Virus genome (UHGV): UHGV-0105104
Reading direction: 5' to 3' (one strand)
From: a virus
DNA: 46,666 bases
A program made the position numbers and the translations under genes. The notes below the pieces were generated by a model, which saw nothing but the letters and a program-made list of their open reading frames with translations, was not told where the DNA came from and ran no database searches. This document shows, in pieces, positions 27,720-38,748 of this stretch. The first letter of the stretch is position 1. Each line of letters begins with the position of its first letter.

Positions 27720-28222
27720 TGTCTTCGATTGGTATTAATAAGTGCATAATCCTTGGTCGAGTTGGTAATGACCCGGAAATTAGATATTCAGCATCAGGTT
27801 CTGCAATTGCCAATCTTTCCGTTGCAACATCAGAACAGTGGAATGACAAGGCCACAGGTGAAAAGAAAGAGCAAACTGAATGGCATCGCGTTGTTATCTT
27901 CGGAAAGCTGGCAGAGGTGGCTGGCGAATACCTGCGCAAAGGCTCTCAGGTATACATAGAGGGTAAATTACGCACTCGAAAATGGACAGATCAAAGCGGT
28001 GTTGAAAAATACACTACTGAAATTGTCTTGCAGCCGATGAACGGCGTTATGCAAATGATTGGTGGTAAATCAAGTGATAATGGAAACCAACAATCACAGC
28101 AGCGACAACAATCAGGAAGCAATAAGCAGTCAGGATGGGGTAAACCTCAGCAACCATCAAGCACACAAAAAACACCGGCAAACGAGCCGCCGATGGATTT
28201 TGACGATGATATTCCGTTTTGA
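27719..28222 (+). CDS. ssb: single-stranded DNA-binding protein
   Basis: [41 protein letters not shown]...[14 protein letters not shown]-fold, Gln/Ser-rich linker and DDDIPF acidic tip. Confidence 0.85.
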   Translation: MSSIGINKCIILGRVGNDPEIRYSASGSAIANLSVATSEQWNDKATGEKKEQTEWHRVVIFGKLAEVAGEYLRKGSQVYIEGKLRTRKWTDQSGVEKYTTEIVLQPMNGVMQMIGGKSSDNGNQQSQQRQQSGSNKQSGWGKPQQPSSTQKTPANEPPMDFDDDIPF

Positions 28223-28280
28223 GTTTTCAAAAAACAACATAAGGTATATGACTATGAAAGATGAACATGGTGTTGATGTA

Positions 28281-28312
28281 ATTTTAGGCAATCCGTAATT
28301 ATACATATACGG
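28281..28312. other. perfect 11 bp inverted repeat (ggcaatccgta...tacggattgcc) forming a stable hairpin without a U-tract
   Basis: Seen directly in the sequence after the SSB operon. Confidence 0.4.
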
Positions 28313-28313
28313 A

Positions 28314-28514
28314 TTGCCAGGGCCTGATACAACACTAGTTATCGCAAAGGAATTCAAAAATGATAAAGTTTTATGTTTCGATGTTTATTCAGAGTTTGAT
28401 ATTGAATTAGACCCCCTGGAAATTTTTCCAGCGCAAAAAGACCGTATAGACATGGAACGAAATGCGCAAGGTGCTAGATTTTTGCGTAAATTTAGCATTA
28501 ATGCTAAATCATAA
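28314..28514 (+). CDS. hypothetical protein
   Basis: 66 aa, last rightward ORF before the tail genes. Confidence 0.3.
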   Translation: MPGPDTTLVIAKEFKNDKVLCFDVYSEFDIELDPLEIFPAQKDRIDMERNAQGARFLRKFSINAKS

Positions 28515-28520
28515 TGCAAA

Positions 28521-28550
28521 AATTTAAAATAAAAGGGGCGTAAGCCCCTT
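28521..28550 (-). terminator. rho-independent terminator ending the leftward tail operon
   Basis: Minus strand reads aaggggc-ttac-gcccctt then TTTATTTTAAATTTTT. Confidence 0.55.
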
Positions 28551-28698
28551 AAACTATCTTAAATGTCAATTCTTCTTTGTCAGAAAACGCATTGTTCATT
28601 AAGTAATCTAACACATAATCTTGTTTTTCAATTTCGTCGGAAAACGATGAGCCGCCATCATCTATTTCCACTGTAACCGGAAGAGCGTCAGTTGTCAT
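28549..28698 (-). CDS. small acidic protein (49 aa) downstream of the tailspike
   Basis: MTTDALPVTVEIDDGGSSFSDEIEKQDYVLDYLMNNAFSDKEELTFKIV; not in the ORF track. Confidence 0.3.
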   Translation of the reverse strand: MTTDALPVTVEIDDGGSSFSDEIEKQDYVLDYLMNNAFSDKEELTFKIV

Positions 28699-28731
28699 AA
28701 ACCACACATTTACTTTTAACATTTAACACCT

Positions 28732-30714
28732 CTATGTAAAATTAATAATGAAATTATCGACGTCGATCACCGCACCTTCACGGCAGCGGATAGATACTTC
28801 GCAGTACTCAGCGGCTTGTGGCACGCGACCCTGTATGAACCGTCCTACAGATTGCCATCCGCTCGGGGTGTTAGTAAAATTACTACTTGCACCTGATTGG
28901 AGGGGGTTGCCAGCCCTATCGTAAAATGTAACGGTTAACGCCCCTGCTGTTGTTCCTGTTCCAGCCGTTATTGTATTGATTTGACACGTTGTCGAGTAAT
29001 AACCATGCTGTGTTACTTTTACCTTTTGAGTTAAGAAACAACTTAACGACCCGAACGATGTCATTCTCGCACCATAATTGCCTGTTTTCTTATATGCTGT
29101 ACCAACTACACATGTTTGACTGGCAGAACTCTGATTATTAAATGTCCACGATGATAAATCCCCTGTCTCAAATCCGGGATTCAATGTTGGGTTAAGGGAT
29201 TTATGGAGTGGAATATTTCCCGCCCCGGACAAGATATCTCCTATACAATGACTTGCGGTAACATACCCATCTCCCTCAACGAAAGTTCTTAATCCTTCGT
29301 CTCCATTCTGAAAGGGATAATCATTTCCTGGTGTTTTAACAAGGGTTACATCGATGAAGGCGTTTGCCCCCACGTGGAATAGTGGTCTCGTTTGCAGCGA
29401 CGGGTTGTTACACACAAGTGTACACCCATTAAGGATGAGTCGCGCCGCAATTCCTGTTACTTCCCCGTAGCGATACCACGCTGACGCCCCTGGATTTTCA
29501 ATATTAGCCGCCGAATCCAAGATGACCATGGCACCGTTACCAGTTATCTTAATCGGGGTATTCAATACCGATGTGCCAGGCATCCCAATGGCAAAACTCG
29601 CACATTCCACAAGTATCGGACATCCTTTCATGTCGAATATTTTGCAATTTTGGAAAGTAATTGACTCTCCGGAGTCCGAAAGGCCGGCTGGGAAGTGCAT
29701 CGCATATGTGCCTCCGGTTGACTCCATCATGAATCCACAATTGATGAATTTATAACGCCAGGTACTATTGGAGCCCCCTAAAACGATATCAGCAGTGGAA
29801 AACATGCAGTTTTCGATCTTACAGTCGCCATTATAGGTGCCGTTGCTGGAATCGTTATTGTTTCCAGTTAGCAGCAACCGCTGACCAATGTTTTGAATCG
29901 CACCTTTGACTTTTATACCACGCATGGATGTACAGTGGTTCTCTGACCCAGCAGGATATGGGCGACTGGAATGAACCCATAAACAGTAAGGGGCAGTACA
30001 ACCTGTAAAGTCAATATAGGCGATGCCATTGGGGCTCTCGAAAGAATAGTACCCTAAATCTACTTCCAAACCTTGCGACCCAGTTACATAATAGGTTTTC
30101 CCCGCCTGTAACACCACATTGACTTTGTTGGACTTCGCATAAGATAGCGCCGACTGGAGCTGTTCTGTGTCAGTGCCTGGTAAATCCTCCGGCATTATAA
30201 ACTTAGTTCTTCTGTTAAAAATCTCTATATAATCATCAAGCTGTATACCATCAGAGTGGGTTACTAATGAAGTTCCCGGTATTACAGAGGAAGATAATTC
30301 CTGCCTTAAATTAGCATCGCCAACACTTACAAGATGCGTAACATCAGTAGCCCAAGATGCACTATTAATACCAGTGGTTGTATATGGTGGGCTAGTGACA
30401 GCATTTAAACGCCAAAACTCATTCTGATAACGAATAATCTGATTACGAGCGGCAATTGTATAAGGCCCGTTTTCATAATCTCCTAAAAACTGATAACCAG
30501 AGTTTAAGAGAAATTGCTGAAAATCATATTCCCTTTGAGTCTGCGCATCCTGAAACTGTTTATTCCTACCGGTATTCGTCAGTCTCTGCACATCGAATCG
30601 GTCGGTGTAGTAATCAGCACTGCCATTGACCTCTTCATCAATCTTCCCTGCGTTAAACTTCAGGTCACGCGGGTCTTCAGAGGGGATTGGATTGTTAGTT
30701 GGGGTGGTAGCCAT
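28732..30714 (-). CDS. tailspike / tail fiber with right-handed beta-helix (depolymerase-like) core and C-terminal carbohydrate-binding-like domain
   Basis: N-terminal particle-attachment region, central repeats rich in N/G/C with ...GNGAMVILDSAANIEN... typical of pectate-lyase-fold tailspikes, C-terminal beta-sandwich-like tail. Start at ATG 30714 (GGAGA Shine-Dalgarno). Confidence 0.6.
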   Translation of the reverse strand: MATTPTNNPIPSEDPRDLKFNAGKIDEEVNGSADYYTDRFDVQRLTNTGRNKQFQDAQTQREYDFQQFLLNSGYQFLGDYENGPYTIAARNQIIRYQNEFWRLNAVTSPPYTTTGINSASWATDVTHLVSVGDANLRQELSSSVIPGTSLVTHSDGIQLDDYIEIFNRRTKFIMPEDLPGTDTEQLQSALSYAKSNKVNVVLQAGKTYYVTGSQGLEVDLGYYSFESPNGIAYIDFTGCTAPYCLWVHSSRPYPAGSENHCTSMRGIKVKGAIQNIGQRLLLTGNNNDSSNGTYNGDCKIENCMFSTADIVLGGSNSTWRYKFINCGFMMESTGGTYAMHFPAGLSDSGESITFQNCKIFDMKGCPILVECASFAIGMPGTSVLNTPIKITGNGAMVILDSAANIENPGASAWYRYGEVTGIAARLILNGCTLVCNNPSLQTRPLFHVGANAFIDVTLVKTPGNDYPFQNGDEGLRTFVEGDGYVTASHCIGDILSGAGNIPLHKSLNPTLNPGFETGDLSSWTFNNQSSASQTCVVGTAYKKTGNYGARMTSFGSLSCFLTQKVKVTQHGYYSTTCQINTITAGTGTTAGALTVTFYDRAGNPLQSGASSNFTNTPSGWQSVGRFIQGRVPQAAEYCEVSIRCREGAVIDVDNFIINFT

Positions 30715-30752
30715 CGGCTTCAATCTCCGTAATCATTAATTGCCCTATTGTA

Positions 30753-33233
30753 TCACGCAACAGGGTTGGTGTAGGCGTACATGGCATCGTTGTATTCGGT
30801 TACGGTGAGAGAAACTGTGCCATCTGTGCCTGGAGTTTTCTGGCTGACTGTCCATAACGTTGAGTCAAGCTCAACCTCTGTGGAGATGGCATATCTTGAT
30901 TCTGACTGAACATTAACACCGTCAAAAATGTTTAACTCGAAGTCAGATGGTAGTGCACACTCGAATGTATTCAATCCAGTAACCGTACAAGCCAGGCGTT
31001 CTGACACATTCCCATTGGCGCCGGTTATAACCACAAACAGGCCACTTCCCGCCGTGATCTGTTCACTGGTGGTAAATACGTTTCCAGACCTTGAACGGAT
31101 AACGCCTGTTTGCTGTACCGAATCATAAATGTCGACAACAGAAATCATATCGCCAACGTTCACCCACTCGCCATCAGCAAGCGCTTTTATCTCCATTCCG
31201 CGACGTGAGTACATCAAACGATTGCACTCAAGCATGGCTCGGTCTGTTGCCTGATACAGATTTCGAACGTATAGCATGTCGAATTTTTTCGGTTTAGTTG
31301 GCTCACCAGGTTCGATACCAGAAGCGCCAACTTTATAATAAACGTAAGCCTGTTTGTTGGTGTTTGGGTCGCGGTACTGAACGCTTACTCCATTATATGC
31401 CCCTGGCAAAGTCATGTCATAAGACATTTTATAGCCATCAGCCTGCGTGTTTCTGGTATTAAACACAGTTTCAGGGGCTGATTTTTGCTCATCCCTTGAA
31501 AACGATAAGACGCCATCATCCCAAAACACCGTCACGCGAGCTGCATCACAGATGGTCTGAATTCGCTCACCAATGGACTTATCCTCATCGTCAAAGGTGT
31601 AATCAAAATACCCAAGGCGCGCATCAGGCAGCGCATCAGCTATTTCATAGAGCCTGCCTATATCAATGGTGCTTTCAGGCTGACCAGCAGTAATAAGCCA
31701 GTTATGCAGTACTGAATCTGCAAAACTTCTTGATGGAGTTAACGTATAGTCGACTGTCCCGGTTGTTCTGTTGTATCCAATAGTCCATCGGGTAATCAGC
31801 GCATTATATTTGCGCTCAGTAACTGATGTGGGCTGAAGCGTGGCCTTCACTGTCACTTTAACCAGAGTGTCATCTGGATAAACCACGTTTTCACGGATAT
31901 TGATGGCATGCGCCGCCTGCAACGTTACGCGGTTGCCAGAGTTTGAGTTGTTTGTCCTTTCAATGCTGATGGCATACTTAGCCAGCCCATGAGCAGGAGT
32001 TAACTTATACGTGCGATAATAGGTTTTGGTTGTCTGATTAAATGGGTTGTCAATACTATCTGCTAGCTGCTCCTCAGTTCCCGGAATAGCATCCCCATTA
32101 TCATCAACCGCCCATACCTTGATCAGATAATCTGCTGTGCCACTGGTAGGACCAAGCTCAGACTGAACGTGAACCCATACCTGCGTCGATTCCACTGCTC
32201 CAACATATGGGCCAACAACAAGCGCCTCATTATCCACAATCTGAAAATAAGTGTTGTTGATGGTTGCGCCTGTCAGGTTGCCAAGATTTGCGCCGGTAAG
32301 GTTATTGAAGGTGAAATTATAAAAATACTGAATATCAGGTGCAGTTCCTGTCTCAGTTTCCTCGGCGGAAATGATGTTGCCACTAAGCTGGATGTTTTCA
32401 GTAACTGGCCCGGATGTCGAGTTGTAGGTAATATTTATTGTTAATGACACGGAGTGAGGCAAAGACAGTCCCATGAAGTAATCGAAATCAGTGTTTTTTG
32501 GTATGACCATTAACAACTGTCCACCAGCATAATCGCCACTGGTAACAGATGTCGTGGTCGCTGTCTCTATCGGGGTATCTTCTGACTCATTAAGCCCTGG
32601 AACCTCCTGACCATCAAGCCCATCGAACTGGTAAGGCTCAATGATTTGCCCAATCACATCACCTGGATTGTAGATGACATGAGTAGCGCCGGGTAAAGAC
32701 CCGAGGTTTGTTTCTGCATATCTAACCGATGAAATGGTGTATTTCCCAAGGCCAAAATTCATGAACTCAGTTACGTACTTCAAATCGTCAATGTATTCAA
32801 AAAGAGATTCCTGAATCAGGTCAGGGAATGCCCTTATCTGACCGAAGTTGTCGGGTCTTGCCTCTCCATTTCGCGCAATATTGGTTTGCGATTTCAGGCT
32901 GTTATTGGGTGATTCAACCGTCGTGCCGGTGCTGGTTGATGGCGTTGATGCTTTTGGCAGCAGAAAAGAAAGAACCTTAGTTACAGGCTTGAGTATCGTG
33001 CTAATAAGGTCGCCAATGGCGCCGCGAGGCTGGCAGTAAATGTTAACAATATCGTTTTGCTTTAACGATATCGACAATTCATCATCAGGGCCAAAAATGC
33101 GGCCATTCAGCGCAATCCTGATATCAGATGGAAGGCCGGAATTCTCCAGCCATCTCCACAGATTAGTGCCAGCAGGAACATTACCCGTCTCTTTTGGAAC
33201 TCCTGGCATCTTCTGAATGTGAATAACCGGCAT
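30753..33233 (-). CDS. central tail fibre / host-specificity protein (lambda gpJ-like, shortened)
   Basis: 826 aa following the M/L/K-like genes; position and size. Confidence 0.5.
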   Translation of the reverse strand: MPVIHIQKMPGVPKETGNVPAGTNLWRWLENSGLPSDIRIALNGRIFGPDDELSISLKQNDIVNIYCQPRGAIGDLISTILKPVTKVLSFLLPKASTPSTSTGTTVESPNNSLKSQTNIARNGEARPDNFGQIRAFPDLIQESLFEYIDDLKYVTEFMNFGLGKYTISSVRYAETNLGSLPGATHVIYNPGDVIGQIIEPYQFDGLDGQEVPGLNESEDTPIETATTTSVTSGDYAGGQLLMVIPKNTDFDYFMGLSLPHSVSLTINITYNSTSGPVTENIQLSGNIISAEETETGTAPDIQYFYNFTFNNLTGANLGNLTGATINNTYFQIVDNEALVVGPYVGAVESTQVWVHVQSELGPTSGTADYLIKVWAVDDNGDAIPGTEEQLADSIDNPFNQTTKTYYRTYKLTPAHGLAKYAISIERTNNSNSGNRVTLQAAHAINIRENVVYPDDTLVKVTVKATLQPTSVTERKYNALITRWTIGYNRTTGTVDYTLTPSRSFADSVLHNWLITAGQPESTIDIGRLYEIADALPDARLGYFDYTFDDEDKSIGERIQTICDAARVTVFWDDGVLSFSRDEQKSAPETVFNTRNTQADGYKMSYDMTLPGAYNGVSVQYRDPNTNKQAYVYYKVGASGIEPGEPTKPKKFDMLYVRNLYQATDRAMLECNRLMYSRRGMEIKALADGEWVNVGDMISVVDIYDSVQQTGVIRSRSGNVFTTSEQITAGSGLFVVITGANGNVSERLACTVTGLNTFECALPSDFELNIFDGVNVQSESRYAISTEVELDSTLWTVSQKTPGTDGTVSLTVTEYNDAMYAYTNPVA

Positions 33234-33660
33234 AAGTCAGGAACCTTAATTTTGTTGATAATTTTTCGAGTGTTTTAAGGCGGTCTGTCTTGACTGCCGT
33301 TTTCTCTCGCGCATGCAGTATTTTATCACGACCCCACCACAGCGCGACATGTACCGGATGACTCCCGCGATAAGCAACCACCACATCTCCAACTTTTGGT
33401 TGTTCGGTATCTTTCCAGAATGAAACTTCTCCATTGAAACAGGTGACAAAATCGCCGCCACTTGAATATGAATCATCGTGATGAACATTGACATTCATAC
33501 AAAGGCGATAGAACAGCACCACCAGACCCCAGCAGTCCACTGCATCAACGTGACAGCATCTGTCGACGTATGGCTTACCAGTCATCATTTTCTCAAAATC
33601 ATCAAACGGTACGCAGTCCGGGGAATTCTGTGATGTCATAAAGTTTTGCCACGTTGCCAT
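33181..33660 (-). CDS. tail tip assembly protein with NlpC/P60 domain (gpK-like)
   Basis: Cys (DCWGLV) and His ([10 protein letters not shown]) in NlpC/P60-like spacing. Confidence 0.5.
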   Translation of the reverse strand: MATWQNFMTSQNSPDCVPFDDFEKMMTGKPYVDRCCHVDAVDCWGLVVLFYRLCMNVNVHHDDSYSSGGDFVTCFNGEVSFWKDTEQPKVGDVVVAYRGSHPVHVALWWGRDKILHAREKTAVKTDRLKTLEKLSTKLRFLTYAGYSHSEDARSSKRDG

Positions 33661-34072
33661 TGATTGGGTTTTTTATGGAGATGGAGACAGTTACATCAGA
33701 TTGATCAAGCGTCACATCGTTCACATAAAGCGTATATGGTTTTAATGGTGTGTCTTTGTCTGTCTCATCAAAACGCTGGTATAACGCAGTGATAGGCTCA
33801 ATGCGTCCAGAGCCTGACCATAACTTTAAATATTGCTTAAAGTCATTTGCCAGTCTCGCAAACTTCAGCGTGGCGTTGATTACCGGCGTGTTTGATTGCT
33901 GGCTTCTGGTTACATCCATACGCACTGGCTGGTAAGTCTGGCCGCCAAGTACAATATCAGAAAACTCGTTGCCAACTAGCCGGACGTAACCAAATGAAGA
34001 ATGATAAAAGGTTATGGTGTCATACAGCTTCCAGTTTGGCCTTTTTGACTGGTATTCACGCAATGTTGGCAT
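33602..34072 (-). CDS. minor tail protein (gpL-like)
   Basis: Positional call. Confidence 0.4.
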   Translation of the reverse strand: MPTLREYQSKRPNWKLYDTITFYHSSFGYVRLVGNEFSDIVLGGQTYQPVRMDVTRSQQSNTPVINATLKFARLANDFKQYLKLWSGSGRIEPITALYQRFDETDKDTPLKPYTLYVNDVTLDQSDVTVSISIKNPINGNVAKLYDITEFPGLRTV

Positions 34073-34542
34073 TATGGATACTCCGGCAAATCCCTGTTAA
34101 CGACCTCATCGATCCATGAATACCATCTCTCATCAAGCTCAACAAGCACATCATCAAACTCATCCATGGAGTTATTGAGGGTTTTACAGATGACATTTCC
34201 AGTCCATGTGACGATACCGCCATTGATGCTTGTCTGCACGGGGTAATCAGTAAAGTGCAAAGTCTGATTCTGTAATCCGCTGCCACCAAGATCGATATCC
34301 ATCGTGAACCATTCATTGCACTTGTTGAGATAATTTGGGCTTCTCAACCACTGCATAAATGCCCGCTCCTGCCTGAGCGTGAAAACCCATGTCAAACTCC
34401 ATGTTACTGCAACATCTGTCGTTAACTTTTGAAATATTGGCGCCCCAACCGCAGGCTGATCGCTGCGGAAGGTGGTCTGAGTGGTCATGTTTTTACTGGC
34501 CCGCTGCGCAAGCGGTAGCCATGATGGATAAGCTATAGCCAT
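34072..34542 (-). CDS. minor tail protein (gpM-like)
   Basis: Positional call. Confidence 0.35.
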   Translation of the reverse strand: MAIAYPSWLPLAQRASKNMTTQTTFRSDQPAVGAPIFQKLTTDVAVTWSLTWVFTLRQERAFMQWLRSPNYLNKCNEWFTMDIDLGGSGLQNQTLHFTDYPVQTSINGGIVTWTGNVICKTLNNSMDEFDDVLVELDERWYSWIDEVVNRDLPEYP

Positions 34543-37500
34543 TATTCTGTCGCCCTTCTGGTTGCAGTGGTGTGACTGGTAATCGCGTTTGAGATCGGGC
34601 CTCCAGCCTCGATATCTGCCACAATCGTCTCAATTGTAACAGACCCGTCACCATTATCTCTCGCTGTTGATGATGCTGTTGCTCCGCTGCTGTTATTGAT
34701 GACATTATTATTAATCACAATACCACCGCCGCTGCCGGTAAGGTCTTTGTTGCTGATAACCCTCCCTGAATCTCCAGGAATCATGTATTGATGTCCATTT
34801 GAAGCCTGGAATATCTCAGGTAGGTTGTTCTCGCCAACTCTGTACATTGATCCAGCCTGCGCAGGGCCACCATTCTTTAATGCCCCGGCAACAGACATTG
34901 CTTTAGCCACACCAACGGTGGAAACAATGCCAGCCTGTGCAGGGATTGCGTTAGCGCCACCCGTAGCAAGTGATGTCATCGCTGCTGCTGGCGCCATAGC
35001 CGCTGCTATTCCTGCCGCCTGAGCGGCGGTTGCGGCAGATGCTGCTGCCATTCCTGCCTGTCCCATGATTACTGATTTAAGCCACTCCACGCCCATCTGA
35101 ACGAATGAGTTAATCACGGCGTTTAACACAGTGCTGCCAATTGACTGTAGCGCCTCGCTAACAGACATTGAACCAGTCAGGATGCCAGTTAAGGCATTAC
35201 TTGCAGTTTGTCCAAAAGCATCAAATGCAGCAGCAGCCGCCTGCGTAGCCGCATTCTGCTGACTCCACTCCTGCCACATGGCATCAAGGCGCTGCTGGCG
35301 GTATTGCTCCTCAATTGCTGCTCTGGCCTGCTCAACCTCCGCTATCTTTTGCGGGTAAGCTACTGCGTAAGCATTAAGCGCTGCTAAATCCTTCTGATAG
35401 TTTGTTTCAACGGCAAACATTGGTGATGTCTGCGATTTTAATGCAGCGAATCCTTTTACAGCTTCGACCCTTTGTTTCTCCGCCTCTGCCTGAGCCTTTA
35501 TCGCGTTGGCATTATCCCATGCCTTAGCCTTGTACTCTCCAGCGAGCCTTATTTGCTCCTCTGTGGCGCCTTTTCCTAATGATTGTTGTGCCTGTAGTAT
35601 TGCTTGCTCTCGACTTAGCTCTCTTGTGCTATCTGCTGTTAGCAATGATTCTTGCCGCAGTTGCTCAAGTTTGTTGGCGATATTCTCCTGCTCTGTGGCG
35701 GCTTTTTGGGCCGCTGATTGAGAATCATTTTGCGCTTTTTCTCTTGCTTTCTCAGCCTCAGTTAAATCATATATCTGACCTGCAAGCTCAGCAGCTCTGG
35801 CTATCTGATTGGGGTTATCAGTTACCTTAGCTGCCTCCATTCTCGCCTTTGTTACTGCCCTTTGTCTTTCATCCTGTATTTTTAAAAGTTGGTTTTGCTC
35901 CTCAAGATTGAGGATTATCTTGTCAGCTTCTTCTGTTGGGGGCGACACTTGCAAGGATTTTGGGTTGAAGTTTTGGCCTGCCTGATTTGCTCGGTTTATC
36001 TCATCGGCAGTCAGGCCAAATGCTCTTGCTACAGCGCCCTGCACCCTTTCAAGCGTTGATCCCTTCTCAATCAGGCTGTCATGCACACCCATAGACGTGA
36101 GCATGTTGTTTGTAAGGGTTCTGCGTGCTTCAGATGCGGCTTCCTGAGTTCTTGCTAGTTTTTCCTTGGCGTTCGCAAGGTCGCGCGATTTTTGATTCAG
36201 TTCATCAGTTTTATCTGATGCGATTTTTAGTAACCCGTTTCCTTGCTCTATTGTTGTTCCGAACAGCTTTCCTCTTGCGGTATAGTCATCAATCTCACCT
36301 TTAAGTTTATCAATGCTGTCTTCAAGATCCCTTACATATTCCTCTTGTGCCTGAATAGACTTATTAGCGTCGGCAATTACCCCCCTTAGCTGGGTGTTAT
36401 TCATCGCCTTCATTGACTCGTTAACTTGATCCAAGCTATCAGCAAAGCGAATGGATTCTTCTCTGGCCTGCTGCGCTTTTTGCCAGAAGTAGAAAATTGC
36501 CCCCGCCGCTAACGTCGCCGCTCCTGCTGGGCCGCCTATCAATGAAAGCGCCCCTCTGGCAAGGCCAACCCCTACCGAAGCTGCTCTGGCCGCAGATGCC
36601 GCTCTCGCTGATGCCGCGGCCTGTGCGTTTTCAGCTTGCGCCAAAGACAATGATGCGGCGCTCGCTCTGGACTTTGCAGCTATAAGAGCATCAAGAGCCA
36701 GCGCCTCGGCTGCACTGCCTTTTGCTACGTTATATTCAGCCTGGGCAAGTGCGACAGATGATAGTGCCGCCTCTTTATCAGCGAAAGCTTTTCTCTGGGT
36801 GGCATTGGCGGCAAAGAGTGCAGATTGTGCCTGCTGATTCTCAGCTATTAATTGCTGTCTTGATGCCGCTATATCTGATATTTTCGCGGCAGTGGACATT
36901 GCCAGCGCGCCAACATACCGACTTCCCATTATGCCAGCTACAATGATAAGGGCGCCGCTCAGCGTCTCAAGGTTCTCACTTATTGTGATGACAGAGTCTC
37001 GGAACCCTGCTGCAAATGATTTAACCGTCGAGTTTTCGCCAAAGAACTTCGTTACGTTGTTGCCGGCTACCTGCAATCCCTTGGCGATTGAGACGGTGGT
37101 GTTGGCAAATTCTTTGCCGATGGCATCCCCTTGTGACAGAAGCCCCTTAACTACAACGTCTGTTGTTAGCTGCCCCTGAGCGGCCATAGCCCTCAACTGA
37201 CCGATAGAAACACCCATCGAATCAGCCAGAGCTACCATGAGGCGGCTGCCTTGCTCTGACACTGAGTTAAACTCCTCGCCGCGCAGAACGCCGGAAGCGA
37301 TACCCTGTGATAGCTGAATGATTGCGTTCTCAGCTTCCTGAGCTGTTGCACCGGATACTGCAAACCCCTGATTGATAATAGTGGTCAGGCGGACTAAATC
37401 TTCCGCGCTGGTGTTGTACGCCCTGGTTCCTCGCTCAAGTCTGGCGTAAAGAGTCGCCGTGCCGTTAAGGGATGACTGGGTTGCTTGTGAAACATCAAAG

Positions 37501-37823
37501 ATCCGCTGCATAACTTCGGTCTGCGTCTCTCCAGTACGAACCGAGTTAGCTACCTTGTTATTTAGTTCAGTCCAGGCATCGGCGTAACTCGCAACCTGTT
37601 GCACAGAAAGCGCCGCGAACAATCCCTTGGCAACGCCAGAAAGGCTGGACATTGTTCGTTCCATCGATCCAATAGAGCGCTCTGTCCTGTTTACACTGGC
37701 CTCAAGTCGCCCCATGTTCCCGCTAAGTCCATTTAGCATTGACTGCAATTCACGACTACCAGCTGCTAACTGAGATGTGTCAATGCCAACCTCATAGATA
37801 ATGCCGCCAACTGTTTCTGCCAT
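34542..37823 (-). CDS. tape measure protein
   Basis: 1093 aa, long alpha-helical Ala/Gln-rich protein with Gly-rich hydrophobic segments, between the chaperone and tip genes. Confidence 0.8.
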   Translation of the reverse strand: MAETVGGIIYEVGIDTSQLAAGSRELQSMLNGLSGNMGRLEASVNRTERSIGSMERTMSSLSGVAKGLFAALSVQQVASYADAWTELNNKVANSVRTGETQTEVMQRIFDVSQATQSSLNGTATLYARLERGTRAYNTSAEDLVRLTTIINQGFAVSGATAQEAENAIIQLSQGIASGVLRGEEFNSVSEQGSRLMVALADSMGVSIGQLRAMAAQGQLTTDVVVKGLLSQGDAIGKEFANTTVSIAKGLQVAGNNVTKFFGENSTVKSFAAGFRDSVITISENLETLSGALIIVAGIMGSRYVGALAMSTAAKISDIAASRQQLIAENQQAQSALFAANATQRKAFADKEAALSSVALAQAEYNVAKGSAAEALALDALIAAKSRASAASLSLAQAENAQAAASARAASAARAASVGVGLARGALSLIGGPAGAATLAAGAIFYFWQKAQQAREESIRFADSLDQVNESMKAMNNTQLRGVIADANKSIQAQEEYVRDLEDSIDKLKGEIDDYTARGKLFGTTIEQGNGLLKIASDKTDELNQKSRDLANAKEKLARTQEAASEARRTLTNNMLTSMGVHDSLIEKGSTLERVQGAVARAFGLTADEINRANQAGQNFNPKSLQVSPPTEEADKIILNLEEQNQLLKIQDERQRAVTKARMEAAKVTDNPNQIARAAELAGQIYDLTEAEKAREKAQNDSQSAAQKAATEQENIANKLEQLRQESLLTADSTRELSREQAILQAQQSLGKGATEEQIRLAGEYKAKAWDNANAIKAQAEAEKQRVEAVKGFAALKSQTSPMFAVETNYQKDLAALNAYAVAYPQKIAEVEQARAAIEEQYRQQRLDAMWQEWSQQNAATQAAAAAFDAFGQTASNALTGILTGSMSVSEALQSIGSTVLNAVINSFVQMGVEWLKSVIMGQAGMAAASAATAAQAAGIAAAMAPAAAMTSLATGGANAIPAQAGIVSTVGVAKAMSVAGALKNGGPAQAGSMYRVGENNLPEIFQASNGHQYMIPGDSGRVISNKDLTGSGGGIVINNNVINNSSGATASSTARDNGDGSVTIETIVADIEAGGPISNAITSHTTATRRATE

Positions 37824-38530
37824 TATTTTGCTCCTTTGCTTTTAGCGGCCTTTCTGGCGGCTTTCTCTTTCAGTTTCTGTTTATTCAGCTTGGCCCGCTC
37901 ATAAGACGCATCATACTGCTCGCGCGTCATGCCTTCCGGTTCCGGGTATTTTGATTTTATCATCTGCTGATACTCGGTCATGGTCAGGTCTTCGGCTTCC
38001 TCGCGGGTGATTCCGAAATGGGTGCGAGCTGAGATGATGTAATCCGACATTCTCAACTCACTGGTTGTGCGCTTTTGGTTTTCCGAGCGCTGAGGAACCT
38101 TGAGCGGAGACTTTCCGATGATGCCATGTTCCATCAGGTTGCGAGCAATAATAATAATGTCATTTACTGGCATTCTTCCGGTGACGTACTTCACACCGCG
38201 CGGAGTCGGCTTCCATGACCCAATGAGAACCGAGATATCATCATCGCAACAGGACTGCATGATGAGGCAGGCGGCGCTGAGCACTTTCTTGCCATAGGCA
38301 GGACGTGACAGGATTTTTGCCACCTGAATCTGCGCGCCATATGGCATTGATTGAATGGCGCCGAGTATGGCCGCGTATTCATAGCCATTAAGCGTAGCGT
38401 ACATCTCGACAATCTCTTTCGGTGAGCCAAGCTCATTCATCGCCGCAAATGATGGTTTGAAGAAAAAAGACTTGTCAGCCAGGGAGATGCGCATCTCTCC
38501 GATTTCTGTTAGCGGTGTGCGTTGTCTCAT
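37823..38530 (-). CDS. tail assembly chaperone (putative)
   Basis: 235 aa directly upstream of the tape measure gene, basic C-terminus. Confidence 0.35.
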   Translation of the reverse strand: MRQRTPLTEIGEMRISLADKSFFFKPSFAAMNELGSPKEIVEMYATLNGYEYAAILGAIQSMPYGAQIQVAKILSRPAYGKKVLSAACLIMQSCCDDDISVLIGSWKPTPRGVKYVTGRMPVNDIIIIARNLMEHGIIGKSPLKVPQRSENQKRTTSELRMSDYIISARTHFGITREEAEDLTMTEYQQMIKSKYPEPEGMTREQYDASYERAKLNKQKLKEKAARKAAKSKGAK

Positions 38531-38585
38531 GTCTAAATCCTGTTTTCATAATGACGTAATTATACCATTGACAGGAGACGCAAGA

Positions 38586-38620
38586 CTGACGTAGATTGAA
38601 AGCATAAGGTGATTGGGGGT
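38586..38620 (+). promoter_or_regulatory. promoter of the HNH island inside the tail module (cTGACGTAGATTGA motif)
   Basis: Motif at 38586-38599. Confidence 0.4.
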
Positions 38621-38748
38621 TTGACATATGAACGAGACTGATGCTGATTTGAGATTTTACATCGACCTGTACGTTGATTGCGGGTTTACCTATGATGAGG
38701 CCGAGTTGATGGCGAAAAAATTACTTGCAATGGTAGGGGTGACATTCG

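Noticed and set aside
34825-37179. ORFs antisense to the tape measure gene
   Set aside because: Ala/Pro-rich translations typical of reverse-strand GC-rich repeats; no starts with RBS.
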